The notes under the pieces were generated by a model. That model worked only from the letters and a program-made list of their open reading frames with translations. It made no database searches and was not told the DNA's origin. A DNA stretch of 63,464 nucleotides, the filler included, from Reticulomyxa filosa (Eukaryota; Protista; Foraminifera), in assembly GCA_000512085.1 (NCBI GenBank). It is 19 parts of 19 records of this genome, joined end to end, with 100 filler letters (N's around TTAATTAATTAA, not from the genome) between each part and the next. Parts side by side here need not be neighbours in the genome. Positions count along the whole stretch, not along the records: positions 25,958 to 28,275 come from ASPP01017969.1; positions 28,376 to 29,439 come from ASPP01033065.1; positions 29,540 to 30,672 come from ASPP01025814.1; positions 30,773 to 32,901 come from ASPP01008771.1; positions 33,002 to 41,708 come from ASPP01003198.1; 14 more parts are not named here. The stretch is one strand, 5' to 3'. The translations under genes and the position numbers were made by a program. Shown one piece after another: positions 25,958 through 39,269 of this stretch (the first letter of the stretch is position 1; each line of letters opens with the position of its first letter).

Positions 25958-27484
25958 AAGAAGCAGAAGAAGAAGAAAAATAAGAAAAATAAGAAAAAGG
26001 ATTACATTTGGAAGTGGCGGAGCAATATGTGGAATAAAGCACAAAGAACAAGCCTGCAAAGAAGAAGACAAAGATGGACATGAGCATCAAGTCCATTTGT
26101 TGTGAGAAGTAGTATACGTTTTCGCGAGAAGGGGTCAAGTACTCGTTGGGATTCACGCTATGAATGGGATGATTGAGGATATCTTGATACATAGTATCAA
26201 CACCATTACCATTGTTATTGTTATTGTTATTGTTATTGTTATTGTTATTGTTATTGTTATTATTATTGCCATTGGAATTATCAGACAAACGGAAATTGCG
26301 ATGTGTGGAATTGGAAGAGACTTGTGATGAATGGAATTGAAAAGCGGCAATTTGATCGGCCTGGAGGATGAACTGGTCGCAAGGGAAGTGAGCGACTCCT
26401 AAGCGCATGGTCTGTCGATCGTAGATGAAGAACTTGTCGGTCATGCTGTTGGAGCCGACGAGGATGGACGGAGTGTCACTGAACAGGTCGATGCAGATCC
26501 TGTTGTGTTTATGGAAGAGGTATTGTGAGGGCGAGATGATCACTTGCATTGGTTGACGAGGGTCGAAGCTTTCCCAAAGCATCACCAGCTGCGGAAAGCG
26601 TTTCAAGTCATTGGCCACAAACTGCGTCCATTCATTCGCATTGAATTCCATCTTTCCGTCGGCGATGCGTTGCAGACAGTAGTCATACGCCTTGCCGCGA
26701 TCCGCCAATGCTTTGTACCCTTCGCTCAGCTCCTCGATGTTTCGCACTAACTCTGTCGCCGTCGACCTGGGCATTGACAATGTCGACGATCCCGTGTCGA
26801 TTACCGTCCCGTGGTATCCACCGTTGATGTTCTCTGTGTACGCAATGTGTCGTACATCCCACGATGCTGATGATGATGATGATGATGATGATGATAACGA
26901 CCCTAATGACGAGGCTTCTACTGTTCGTGCTGATATCACTCGAAATCCCACTGTCTTCATTTTGTACCATCCATGCGCGTTCAACGATGACAACAAAGGC
27001 CCCCATTGTACTGACAATCTAAAGTATTTTATCAGCAAATCTATCTCGTTACCACCAAACACTAACAGCCCTCCCGTCTCCACGCCAAAACAATGTCCAA
27101 ATTGCTTCTTTCCTAAATTTAACTTTCGTTTTATAATTTTACATCACATACAATACGTATACGTATACACATACATTATATATATATATATATATATATA
27201 TATACAAATATATACTAATGATTAAAATGTAGATGTGGGGTCTTTTTAATCATTGCAAACTTAAATATTACAAATTTACAAAGTATCAAAACGCAAATGC
27301 ATTGCACACTTTGTCGTAATTGCGGTGATTGAACAGTTGGTCGACAAACGAACGCGAGTGTATGGACAAACCCATCACTCCGTCCGCTAACTGGCGGAAT
27401 ATCGTCTTTGCCTCGACTTGACTGCATCCGAACACAATGTCGACATTGGTTGTCATACTATGGTCACTTTCATTTTCATTCTTA

Positions 27485-27519
<35 letters not shown>

Positions 27520-27713
27520 GCCATTACCATTGTTAATGGCGTCGCCACTGATGGATTTCATCGTTTGCGTGCCATTGGACTGATGCCAAACAGATGACGA
27601 GAGATACGGATACGTAGTAAACTGAAATATGTCTTTACTCACAATCGCCGATATTGATGACTGGTCTACATATCTCAATTTCCACACACAATTGCCATTG
27701 TCATTATTTATTA

Positions 27714-27777
<64 letters not shown>

Positions 27778-28275
27778 TATTATTGTTATCATTCGCATTG
27801 TAATTGCTTTCTTGATCCCTATTCAATTTAAATTTTTCATTACCTCTTATACATTGCGAATTGCACAAATTATGCTTGCAATTGACATATTCAAATGTCG
27901 TGCTCATATCGATCTTGAAATATGGATCGTGATGGCTGCCGCAATGATCACACGTTTTGTCGCATGCAATGTACGGGAGACCACTCCCTGTGTCCAGTGC
28001 CATCTCCATTCGCTGTGGCGGTGTTCCGATTTGCAACACCGCGTAGTAATAGTCGTCACTTATTTGTGGATGTACATATGCTCCCATTCCCAAATTCAAT
28101 CCTCTTCGACGACCACGACGCCGTTCCACAGCCGTCTCCGTCCAGTCTTGTGAATTTGAGTCTGAGTTTGTGTTATTCACAAGTGATGTTTTGCGTTTCA
28201 GTGGGAAAAAAAATCTTGACATCCTCTTCCCCTCCCCTTAGTACAGGAAAATCATCGAAATTAGTTCAAGCTCAT
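25958..28275 (-). CDS. A1 aspartic protease, plasmepsin V/ASP5-like, with C-terminal TM helix
   Basis: YYYAVLQIGTPPQRMEMALDTGSGLPYIACDKTCDHCGSHHDPYF, FGCSQVEAKTIFRQLADGVMGLS, second catalytic VIDTGSS, FIYDRQTMRLGVAHFPC, and a TM segment near the C-terminus. Poly-Asn inserts with a frameshift at ~27710. Confidence 0.88.
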
Positions 28276-29613
28276 NNNNNNNNNNNNNNNNNNNNNNNNN
28301 NNNNNNNNNNNNNNNNNNNTTAATTAATTAANNNNNNNNNNNNNNNNNNNNNNNNNNNNNNNNNNNNNNNNNNNNGTTGCAATCCAAAATATCAGAACAC
28401 GAGTGAATGTTAAGGACATAGGATTGCACCCATGTCACAAAAGCGACTAAAGAAAATGATGGACTGTTAATGCCTATAATGTCAGGCTCAAAGTATTGGT
28501 AGGCATAATAGCCTTCACTGGAAGACTTTCGCTTGCTTCGCAACGCTTGTCTTTCAACGGTTAGCACAGGTTCTGTTTCTAATTCAAACGATGGACATGG
28601 TCTGTACTACCTCAATGCGCTTTTATTGATGGCACCATTGCGTTTCCACACGCTCATAAGCCTCACAGTCACAGACTCCAAGCACATCAATTGACTGTTT
28701 CAACAATACAGCGACTTTACATACATAAGCCAACAAGGACTAATTCAATTTCTTTTTTTTTTCATAACAAAAAAAAGACAAAATAGTACCTTCCAACTTG
28801 GTTCTTGTTTTTTTTTTCATTCCAACATCGATCTTTAAAAGATATTTTCGCACGATAATTTTTTTGTAAAGAAATAAAAAAAAAATCACCAGATCTGCTT
28901 ACTGAGTCATGAACATGGGGCTGCCGGCCAGCACTTGCTTGCATTTATTACGCTACCGACCCAAGTCCTGTTTCTCCGTACTAAGTTCAAGGTAATTTAG
29001 CTGTAACTTTGACAGTAATAATTATTTTAACCTCTATATAATGACTAATCTATATACCTGATCTAAATTTTGTATCAAAAGTTTTTTGCAGGGAAAATAT
29101 TGTTTATCTTGAAAGTAAAATTTTATTGTTGAACCTGTTAAACTTGATACAATAATTTGATTCTAAACAACGTTATAAATCTTGGTGCTCATGATGATGA
29201 TAGTGATTGTGAGCGTCCCATATGTACATAAGGCCTTCAGGAGTTGAACAACAAGTATAGTCATCGATCAAATTGCGATTGTTTATAGACACTTCTTCAA
29301 AACTAAAAACAACAAACTGAAAAGTTACAAGGAAAAGCAAACACAACACCAAAAAACACAAGTCAATTTGAATCACCCCAAGTGTGTGTGAGCACGGGTG
29401 CGGAGCAAAATTTACAAATAAGAAAGTGTCTATAAGATCNNNNNNNNNNNNNNNNNNNNNNNNNNNNNNNNNNNNNNNNNNNNTTAATTAATTAANNNNN
29501 NNNNNNNNNNNNNNNNNNNNNNNNNNNNNNNNNNNNNNNATAGGCATTGTCTAATGCATCACTCCACAGTTTCAATACATTCGTGACCGATTTTTTTTTA
29601 AAGTATTACTATT

Positions 29614-30612
29614 CTAATACATTCTAGCACTGGAAATGTTGTTTTTATTGTTGGCAACTAATTGTATCACAATTGTATCGTTTGCGTTTAAATTTTTGAA
29701 TATATTTGAGTTCAGAGATGTAATTGTACGATATTTGTTTTCACTACTTCCAAAATTAATATCTTTTATATTCGGATTACTGCTCACACTAGTCTGACTT
29801 GCACCCAATGAAATGTTAAAATACGCATGTGTGAAATTGCTTTTGTCCACGGTTATTATATTGTACATTCGAAGTATTTCACGAGATGTTGGCACATTTT
29901 TGTTATTAAATTTACATTGAGTGATTGTTACATCCATTGCATGTGGTTTGGTTACATTTATTCGTTTGATATTCAATGCATGGATCCAAGAGTTAAATGT
30001 CAATGATTGCATATCAATGCTGTTACAATCTTTACAATATAAATATTCAATATCTGCAACCATTCACCTATTTTATAATAATAATCTTCATACGCCATAC
30101 GCGTATCTATATTTGATTGAGGGCAGTGCCCATCATATATGCGACCACAACCATGGAATTGGACTGTATTTCGTGATGTAATTCCAAATAAATTCATGTT
30201 GGATATTGCAAAATATATAGATGCCGCTACAATAATTAAATAAAATACCACCATAAATATATTATACAATATTTGATCTTCCTTGACCGGCAATTCCTCA
30301 ATTGCTTGTCGATAAATATACGTTGGAACTACTATATACATTATATACACACACACAAATAATGTATATAATTATTATACATATATACATATATATATAC
30401 ATACTTGGTCTGACTGCATAATGGGGGGAATCATAATAACATATTTTTTCTATACATACACAAACAAACACTTCATTTTTATTTAATAAAAAAATATAAA
30501 TATACTTACCTTCTTTTGTATTTGGGATATCCATATTCAAATAATATATTATTTTTTTCTTCATACTTATTTTTTCTATTTTTCTTAAATAGTCTTCTAT
30601 TTTTTTTTCCAA
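29614..30612 (-). CDS. Hypothetical membrane-anchored protein fragment
   Basis: TM segment ILYNIFMVVFYLIIVAASIYFAI followed by a Cys-containing domain in the next frame. Both ends are lost. Confidence 0.35.
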
Positions 30613-30772
30613 TCTTCTTCTTTCGATATCTTCTTCTATTCTTTTTATTTCTTCTTCGTCGTCATCGTCGACNNNNNNNNNNNNNNNNNNNNNNNNNNNN
30701 NNNNNNNNNNNNNNNNTTAATTAATTAANNNNNNNNNNNNNNNNNNNNNNNNNNNNNNNNNNNNNNNNNNNN

Positions 30773-32857
30773 CATGTACACATATGTATATAAATGGATT
30801 AAAAACTTGTTGAGTGTAAACATTTGCCATTTCATTGAATTTGGTCGTTTTCTCAAGTGTCGTGATCAAAGCTTTGTTGGCATTGGCCAACTCCTCAGCA
30901 TCAGCACCCACCGTCGCGTAGTCAACCCCGACATCACCTTCATAGCCGACAAATCGCTCGTTCCTTGGATCAAAGGGGTCCAATCCAAAGAACAGCTCAT
31001 TTGGCAATGTGGACGCACTTGAAGAGTCGTCTCTGGCGCTATACGTACCTACGGATCCGTCGCCATTCAATTCGTCGCCCAACGTCGGTATCAGCTCGGG
31101 GTCTTTCATCAACTGGTCCAAGTCGTCGGATGGGTCATATAAGCGCAAGGCCTTCTTGCACCATTCCTCTTGCATCTCTGGATTTACTTTGGCAGCTTTC
31201 GCGCTTTTCCATTATATGTATTGTGTTTATATCGCATAAGAAAAGAGATTGACTCTTTCCACGCAACAAATTATACATGCATACATACAAGTGTGTGTGT
31301 GTGTGTGTGTGTATAGTACATAGAAAGAGAAAAGACTAAACAAAACAGGCACAAGGATAGGAAATCGGATTAATCTTGTGGTATGATCATCTTCAATAAT
31401 AGGAGGACATGGGATGGCACCTAAGACGGGTGTTGTGGCTTCAGCGGATGGAGGAATGGCATCACGTCCTTCCACATTATCAGTGACGGTGATGGGATGC
31501 ATCACACCTCCACCTCCAGTGGAATGTTCCTTTTCCATGGGCTCCGCCATATCATGCACGATATCACTGCCGATACTGTGCGAGGTATTCTGTATCGTTT
31601 TGAGAGTGTCGACTGTCGTGCTCAGCATACCTTTAGCTGCAGCCACGTTGTGCACAGCCAGATTGTTGGGCATTTTCAGAGGAAACCCCTTTTGCGCTTG
31701 GTTGGGGGACATTTGCACAGGGAAGTCTGTCGCTGTGCCTGTCATTGTGACCGAGGGTTCGTCAAATAGGTCGCCCATTGGATTTGCCGCCGTGTCCACG
31801 ATGGTGTCTTGCATCGATCGAACGGTGAACCCATGAGTTAGAATCGCCTTACCTTTTGTCATTCAAAAAGCTCGTTTTTTTTTTTTTTTTGTGTGTGGTA
31901 CTTATCTTTCACAAAAAAAATAAATAAATAAAAAGTAACCTTCTAATTCGATTCTTCCTAAATTATCTAAGCTAAAAATAGCAAGCATTTGGCCATGGGC
32001 TTGTCGATAAGAACGAATTTCTTGACAGCGTGACCACAGCTCCTGCTGGTATCGCGAGGGCCTCATGTGTTGAACTAAAGACATAACTAATGACAATACA
32101 ATTGTGTGCAACGCAATGCCGTAGTTGCGATTGGAATCTTCTCCTTCCAGTGACAACGCCGTTTCTTCCAGCGCGCGCAGAAAGGGCAGTATATCCAACA
32201 GTTCTTCAGACCAATTGCGAATGCTAAAAAATGACATTACCACTGTCATCGTGAACGCCTTCAATACTTCATTCGGAATGAAATTCTGGCATTCTTTGTA
32301 GAAAATCGCATACAGCCATTTCTTGTGCTAACCAAATATATACACACATATATGTACACATATATTTATGTGTTATGTATATTAATATACAATATTGGGA
32401 CATTGAAACAAATCGAACAAGTCGCTTAACTTCAAATTCCATATGCAATACTGGCGAAACTTCTTTTTGTGCCAATTGACTTTCAAACAGTCGAATATTG
32501 GTGTGATACACGCCAGGATCTTCCGAGTCATATCGTACACTTTTGTCCAACAAGTGACAGATCCCTTATCATAAGGAGGAAAAAAAAAAAGGGGGAGGGG
32601 GAGGAGAGGTTAGGAACAGGAGGGAATTGAACGCAAAACTTGTATTGTGGCAACAATAAGTTTTGAATAAGCAGCTGCGATAGCTCGTGCAATTCATTAC
32701 GCGGCTGTCTTTCTTTCAGTGGGCATTGCAAGATGATCCGAAGGATCGAGTCATTCAACGGCCTGGCACGCCCTGAAGATCTCCTTCTCAATGCCGTTTC
32801 CAATGCTTCAAAATTTTTTTTTAAAAAAAAAAAAGAACAATTAACATATTTCTCCAC
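30773..32857 (-). CDS. EFR3-like helical-repeat protein, internal exons
   Basis: SEELLDILPFLRALEETALSLEGEDSNRNYGIALHTIVLSLVMSL...QEIRSYR and LRIILQ...ELHELSQLLIQNLL resemble the C-terminal ARM region of EFR3 (recognised from memory, not searched). Confidence 0.45.
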
Positions 32858-33455
32858 AAAGGTGTTTATTATACGTACATTTCACAAAAAAAAAAAAAAA
32901 ANNNNNNNNNNNNNNNNNNNNNNNNNNNNNNNNNNNNNNNNNNNNTTAATTAATTAANNNNNNNNNNNNNNNNNNNNNNNNNNNNNNNNNNNNNNNNNNN
33001 NCATGTTTTGCCACACAACATAAAAAAAAGTTAATCATGGTGAATACATTACTTTTTTCAAGTAAATAGCTTGATACAGTGATAAAAATGAAAATTGTTT
33101 TTAATATGCTTGCAATACTAGATAAACAATAATATTACACTTTTAAAAAAAATAATGATTTAAAAATATTGCGATAATCTGGTCGTGCTGATTAACTTCT
33201 TTGTAATTTGCGTTATTTTGATCGAGTCAGAAGTAGCTTTTTGATTTTTTTATTATATTTCTTCCACTTACTGATCTACAATAATTTAATCAACTAAAAT
33301 TGCAAGGTAGCATAGAAGTTACGATCCCCTTATCCCACAAAAATTGTATTTTGAACCTTTATTGAGATCAAGAAGATGTTACAAATTAACATCTTCATAG
33401 AATTGTGGAAAAAACTAAAAGGATAAATCAAACCAAGTCAAGGAAATGTTCAAAA

Positions 33456-34031
33456 TTAGGAAGTTTTTTTGAATTCTTGTTCAATAAATGGCCGCATTGA
33501 TTCAAGAATTTCTGCGGCTTCTTCTTTGCTGATCATTGTCTTGGACGGTTTGATGCCATTGAAACCATCTTTTTCAGATCTTGGCACTACATGATAGTGC
33601 AAATGAAATACTGCTTGTTTTGACGCTTTTCCATTGTTATTTATCACATTCACCCCACTGGCTTTCATTGCTTGCTAATTTTTTTAATATGAAGAGGTAA
33701 GAGTTTTAAAAACAAGACAAATTTAAGAGTTGAACATAAAACACAAGATTTTGTTTGACAAAACTTGAACAATTCGACATAATTTGGGCAGTTGCGAAAA
33801 AAAATCTACTGCTTCGGAGCCTGTTAAATCCATTGTCGTAGCCTTGCCAATACTTTTTGGAATCAACAGGCAATGCCCTTTGACTGTCGGAAATGCATCC
33901 AATAATGCGAGCACGTGATCTGTTTCAAATACTTTGTAACATGGAATTTGGCCTTGAACAATTTTTTGAAAAGGATTTCCAGCGACGTAGGGAATTTTAG
34001 TGTCGTAGGTCGAGGATTTCTCTGTGGCCAT
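33456..34031 (-). CDS. HIT (histidine triad) family hydrolase, 2 exons
   Basis: NPFQKIVQGQIPCYKVFETDHVLALLDAFPTVKGHCLLIPK ... GVNVINNNGKASKQAVFHLHYHVVPR (HxHxH). Confidence 0.92.
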
Positions 34032-34509
34032 TCTTCTGTTTTTTGTTTTATTTGTGGCTGAGTGTAGACAACTTTTGTTACTATTTTATCTTCTTTTCAC
34101 CAAAATAGAAGAGCAAAAACTAACTATTTAATATTAAAATAAGATCAAGGATCTCCTATTGATTATGAAAGCGTTGATTCTTCAAAATATCCCCTCCAAA
34201 CTTTTTGAACTAACAAATGGGATTCCTAAGATTGCAACAAAAATACTGACGATTTTGCAAAATTCCTTTTTCAAGCCAAAACAATTCTATGAGCAAAGAA
34301 ATGTTACAATTTTTTTTGCTTTTAATTACACCTTGTTCTTCGTGCATTCAATGTTTTTCAAAGAAGCAGCTAAGACAAAACAAAAAGCAAGCGCTTTAAA
34401 CCGCTTTGTATTACATAAGTTCTTTCTTGCAGTGTTTATGACAAGTTGGGAGCTCTAGACAAAACCAGCCTAAATACTTTTCGTACTTGCTGGCAATCTG
34501 TTAAAATCA

Positions 34510-35353
34510 ATGCCTATTCGTATTGAATTACCTACTTCCCCACAAGATGCTGTTGAATTATTGAATTCCATAAAAAATTTCGAATGGACTGTAACAGCGG
34601 TTGTTGGCCTTGTTTTGGCACTTGTTGTTTTTAAAGTAGGGTTTCCAGATATTCGCTATTTTTATCAATATTTCTCAACACTTCTCCGGACGGTGCTGAT
34701 AGACAAGAAAATAAGTCCTTGTGAAACTGCTAAATTCAGATTTTCTGTACCTATTACAAACATAGGTGAGCCATGTTCTTTTTCTTTGTTATAATTCTCC
34801 AAAACTAAAGAAGTGTCCTATAGATTTTTGGAATCATTTGAACAATGCTGCCTATTTGCGTTTTGCTGAGCTGGCCCGTGTCAATTGGTTTGTTCGTACG
34901 AACATATGGTCGTTTTTAAGAAAAAAATACAAATATAACTTGGTTTGGACAGCAGTGACACTTCGATTTCGAAGAGAAATTTCGGCTTTTGAAACAATCG
35001 AAATTCATACCCGCGTAATATATTGGGATAAATACAACTGTTATGTTGAGCAAAAGTTTGTAAATCCTAAAAAGGACAACTTTGTACATTGTATACTTTA
35101 TGGGCAGTATACACTTACTTTCAAAGGAAAAAGAGTGACACCCGAGGTTTTGGAAAATACAATCCGAAACCGTGGGCTGCTAATGGTTCCATGGAATCTT
35201 GAAGGTGATTTATCAACTAGTCATATTGATACATGGAAAGATGGAGACAACAATGAACTGTATGAATGTGATCTTCCACTCACAAAATCTTTAGAAGGAT
35301 GGATCGAGTTTTTGACTCAAAGCAGTGCTGAAAGTAAGGCAAATTTGACATAA
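34510..35353 (+). CDS. Hot-dog fold thioesterase (THEM6/4HBT-like), 2 exons
   Basis: N-terminal TM segment. TNI/DFWNHLNNAAYLRFAELAR, TLRFRREI..F...EIHTRVIYWD...YVEQKF. Intron ~34765-34823. Confidence 0.85.
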
Positions 35354-35600
35354 CTTGTTTGTACTGAGTTGTGGTTTTTACAAGTATTAATGCCCAATTT
35401 TTGGGCCTTATTAAAGTATCATCTTTTATTGTATTAAACAAAAATAAAAGAAAAAATGGTTTAATAAGCTTCCAAATTTTCCCATGCAAATTTTTATGAT
35501 TTAATATTGCTATTGAGCTGCACAAAAAAAAACCAAGCACTTACTTAAGCACACAATACACACTCGTTTGAGCTCACTCCACGAAGTAAAAAACATCGCT

Positions 35601-37095
35601 TTACCAAGGCGAGCAGTCAGGATCAGTGCAGTATTGGTAATAACTTTCAAGATGACCAGTTGCAGGGAGCATTATAGCAGTATACGTGGTCAAGCGGTTT
35701 CTGTTTGGTTTGCCGTTGAGCACATTGTACAATGTGTTAATTGCGATTTCATTAGGACCGATTTCATTCATGCAATCCTCTGCAGGATAGCGGCGATCAT
35801 CAAATTTTGGTGGTTCGTTCCTGTCATCAAACAAAAACAAATTGGAAATCTCTCTATCCCTTACCACAAAGATAAACTCAAATTTGTACATACCAGTGAT
35901 CATAGTTCGTCTCCAACACGTACCAAGGAGCCTGTGATTTGTTCAAAATTCAATTCAAAACGATAAAAAAATCAAAAAAAAAAAGGAATTAAAAAAAACT
36001 CTTTTTTCAACAAAACTTGGTTCGTGTCATTTGCAGGTAATCCAATAGGGATATTCCAGTAATCCTCTAACGTACGATTGGGTCCCATTGTAAGAACTGC
36101 CCCTTGCGTTGGGTTGGGTCCACCGATGATGACATAAGCAGGGCACATCAAAGGAGTGTTCATGATGAAGCTCACAGCAGCATCATATGAGTCCAAGTTT
36201 TCGATGGCATTTCTGGTGGTGAACGTCAAAAATTGCAAGTCGCTCTCAGGGTGAGTATACCAATCTATCAAATATTTGTCATAGTTGTCATCATAACGAG
36301 AATCTACCGTTATGCTCATTGCATTGGCGCGAACACCTGTTAAAACGCCGACGTATCTGTAAGTTTTTTTTTGCTTGGTTGTGTTTCTTTATACGTGAAG
36401 ACTAGAAAAGGGGAGCACAGAAAAAAAAAAAATTACCCGCCAAAAAATACAGCAGAGTACAACACTTGGCCTCCTTTGTTCATTCTGGCATTAAACAATG
36501 TTGGTCGCAATGCCTCAGTCAAGCCCCATTGGAAGTCTGTCCAGTTGATTCCTGGATATAAACCAAAGTCCAAGTTTCGGCCATGGTACATAGTGCCATC
36601 ACTGTTTTGGGCAACAATTGAAGTGCACAATCCCATCAACTCGTACGCACTGTTAACAATGATCAACTTAGCTACTTCAATCTCTGTGTAATCAGCAAGA
36701 CCTTGGATTTCTGGTCCGTATTCGCTTCCCATTCGTTCCAATATTTCACTGCTTCGCATTTCCACAATTGGTAACAAATCTTTTTCAAAGAAGGTGTCCA
36801 TGTGAAACACGAAATCAACAAGGTATTGGATTTCGGTCTTGAGTGTCAAGGCAACTTCTTTCCAGCGGTCATATGGATCCGTGTCCAAATCAATGTCAAA
36901 CCAAGGCATTGTTCTCTGTTTTTTTTTTTTTTTGCATTTTACGTGATTTTTTTAAGTTAACAAATACAAAACATTTGACGGGGGTGGATAAGCGTCGGTC
37001 ATGTGACAAGAGGCATGATCTCCATTCGCGCCACCTTGGGTTTGGCAAAGTAAATTGGCAAATACCAAGCCAGAAACAAATAAGGCACTTTTCAT
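35601..37095 (-). CDS. ASAH1: Acid ceramidase / NAAA-family Ntn-hydrolase
   Basis: Signal peptide MKSALFVSGLVFANLL (ATG 37095), then SCHMTDAYPPPS and PWFDIDLDTDPYDRW. Autocleavage/catalytic CTSIVAQ...YHGRNLDFG. C-terminus NRLTTYTAIM...YCTDPDCSPW*. Confidence 0.9.
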
Positions 37096-37371
37096 TTGTT
37101 AGATTAAAAACTAAGAATTGTAGAAAAGAAAATAAAAAAACACGTTCACTAGCCCCGTCTTGAGTTTGAAAAAACGAAAAGTTATACATTGGGAAAGCAT
37201 GTTCTATTCGTACAATAACAAAATACGTCTTCCCTATGGCTTGTGCACACTTGCAAGTGACCAAATAAAACATTTGAAAGAAAAGCACAGAGCGCATTTG
37301 TTGAAATGTATTATTCCAATAAAAACGAACAGCTTTAAATAAGAAGAAAAAACTTTTCTGCCGCACAAAAT

Positions 37372-38869
37372 TTACCAATACATTCCATTATACACAACTT
37401 GAGTATTTTTTTTAACATAAGCCCCAAAACAAAACATGGCACCAAAAAAGAAGACAAAGGCCAACCAACCCAAAGAAGCGGACGGACTCTTTGTTTTTGT
37501 AGAGGATATCGTGGCTTTTGCCGTGACAAGAGAGGTCATTTCATGTTTTGTATCTTGAATGGAGTTATCTATAATTAATATTACCAATCAAATACAGAAA
37601 CAAAATAAATATTATATTACCGTCAAAAAAAAAAAGGGAGAGAAAACAAGTTCACTCCAAACTTATGGTTTCGAAGAAACAATAAACAGGATACAGCAAG
37701 GCTTCAGAAGACACATAAATAAAAGCAGAAGCCTTTTCATTCACCAACTCCTGGCACCAAGCGACAATGGCGTTGGAGGAAGTGTGATTGAAAGGATCAC
37801 GATTGAGACGAGCGTCACTTAAAAATTGTTCGGCTCGGAATTGGACTTCCATTAGTCGAGGTTCCCACGTAAAGTCGTTGACAAAAGTGCGAAGCACCAA
37901 AGTAAGAAGCGTCTGTCGCAAATGCGAGGTGATAGATGCAGAGGTTTGCATAAGGGACAGTTGGACTTTGAGCCATTGTTGTAACGAAAGAGGCGGCGAT
38001 TTGGAGTCGCTTTGAATGAATTGTTTGACCAGCAAGGTCAGATCATTGACGTCTTTGGGACGCGGCAGAAGGTGTTGCAACTGTGCAAATTTTCCAGAAA
38101 TATCTTGGCACAAGGTTTTCAATACTGCGACCTCGTTCCATTTGTCATGCCAAAGGTTCCGTGTTTTTGTCCTTTTCGCAACTGTTTTTTTACGATTGGA
38201 CTTGTCGTCCTCCTCGTTGTCATTGACACGGAGACAGGCTTTTTTATTCGCTTGAGTGATTTGTAGTTTCATATCTTTCATCAGTTCATTGACTCCTACG
38301 AATAGCTCTTGTGTCCACGTTTCATTGTTTTGTTCGATTTTTTTAATGTTTTGCTCCATTGCATTCATTTGTTGTTTCAAATCGTTCCATGCCTTTTCGA
38401 TTCCAATGTCCAGCGCTTCCATTTTTTTATTTGTTTGTTGCAACAGTAACACCTCTTGTTGTGCTTGTGATTTGCTGCTCTCCTCTTCTCTTTCACTTTG
38501 TCTGCTCGTAGTGCGGAGATTCGCATTTCGTCGCTTCGTTTTTAAATGCGACTGTTGCGGTGGTACGTTTTCTTGCATGTCTTCCATTCTTTCCCCGTCC
38601 AAATGCAATTCCTCCTCTCTTTTTTCTCCCAACTGCTGCTGCAGTTTTTGCAACTCTGCTGTCAAACTCTTTATTCGGCTCTCCTTCGATTCTAGTCGCT
38701 TTTGCACCATCTCTGAACGATTCACTAAAATATCGTATGTCATCGTTTTAGACAAAATTTCTTGCTGCAGTTTTCGGACATGCTGCTGCAGAGACAAGTG
38801 AGCATCATTCGACAGTCCATTTCTTATTTCAAATGGAGGACATGCTATTTTGTCGGATGCCAAACTCAT
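37372..38869 (-). CDS. Coiled-coil protein with C-terminal TM segment (tail-anchored-like)
   Basis: 405-aa heptad-rich ORF 37652..38869, probably spliced to exon 37372..~37560 (LGWLAFVFFFGAMFCFGAYV). Confidence 0.55.
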
Positions 38870-39269
38870 ATATTATCTTTTTTCCCTTCACGCTCCTATA
38901 GAAGGAACTTGGCTTGATTTTACGTAAAAAAAAAACACTTTGAACAGACCAAAAAACTATGCTTAAGATTACACAAAATAGCTTATCAAATAAGCAATTC
39001 AAAATCTCGTTCCTTCAAGAAAAAATAACAACATTACCATGCAACTACAAAGGAACACTAGTATTTCTTTGCGAAGATGAGAATAAAATGTTTTTTAAAG
39101 GAACGAAATAAACAAAAGATTAACGTCGCAAAAAAGTGACATATTGTATTTTTGAATGAAAAAGTTTTTTTATGAAGTATGATGTAGGGCAAATCACTAT
39201 TATAAATATCTGAACGTCAATGTAGGTTAAACTTCATCAAAAAACTTCTTACTTTCTTGACGTACCACA

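Noticed and set aside
26153-27800. ORFs rich in poly-Ile/ITIT as membrane proteins
   Set aside because: Off-frame or antisense readings of (AAT/AAC)n poly-Asn tracts in the protease.
28376-28740. Minus-strand coding-like stretch
   Set aside because: Stops in all frames and no recognisable domain, so it cannot be supported as a gene.
33372-33396. 10-bp stem hairpin gaagatgtta-caaat-taacatcttc downstream of the HIT gene
   Set aside because: Short and AT-rich, so it could arise by chance. Bacterial-type terminators are not relevant in this eukaryotic context.
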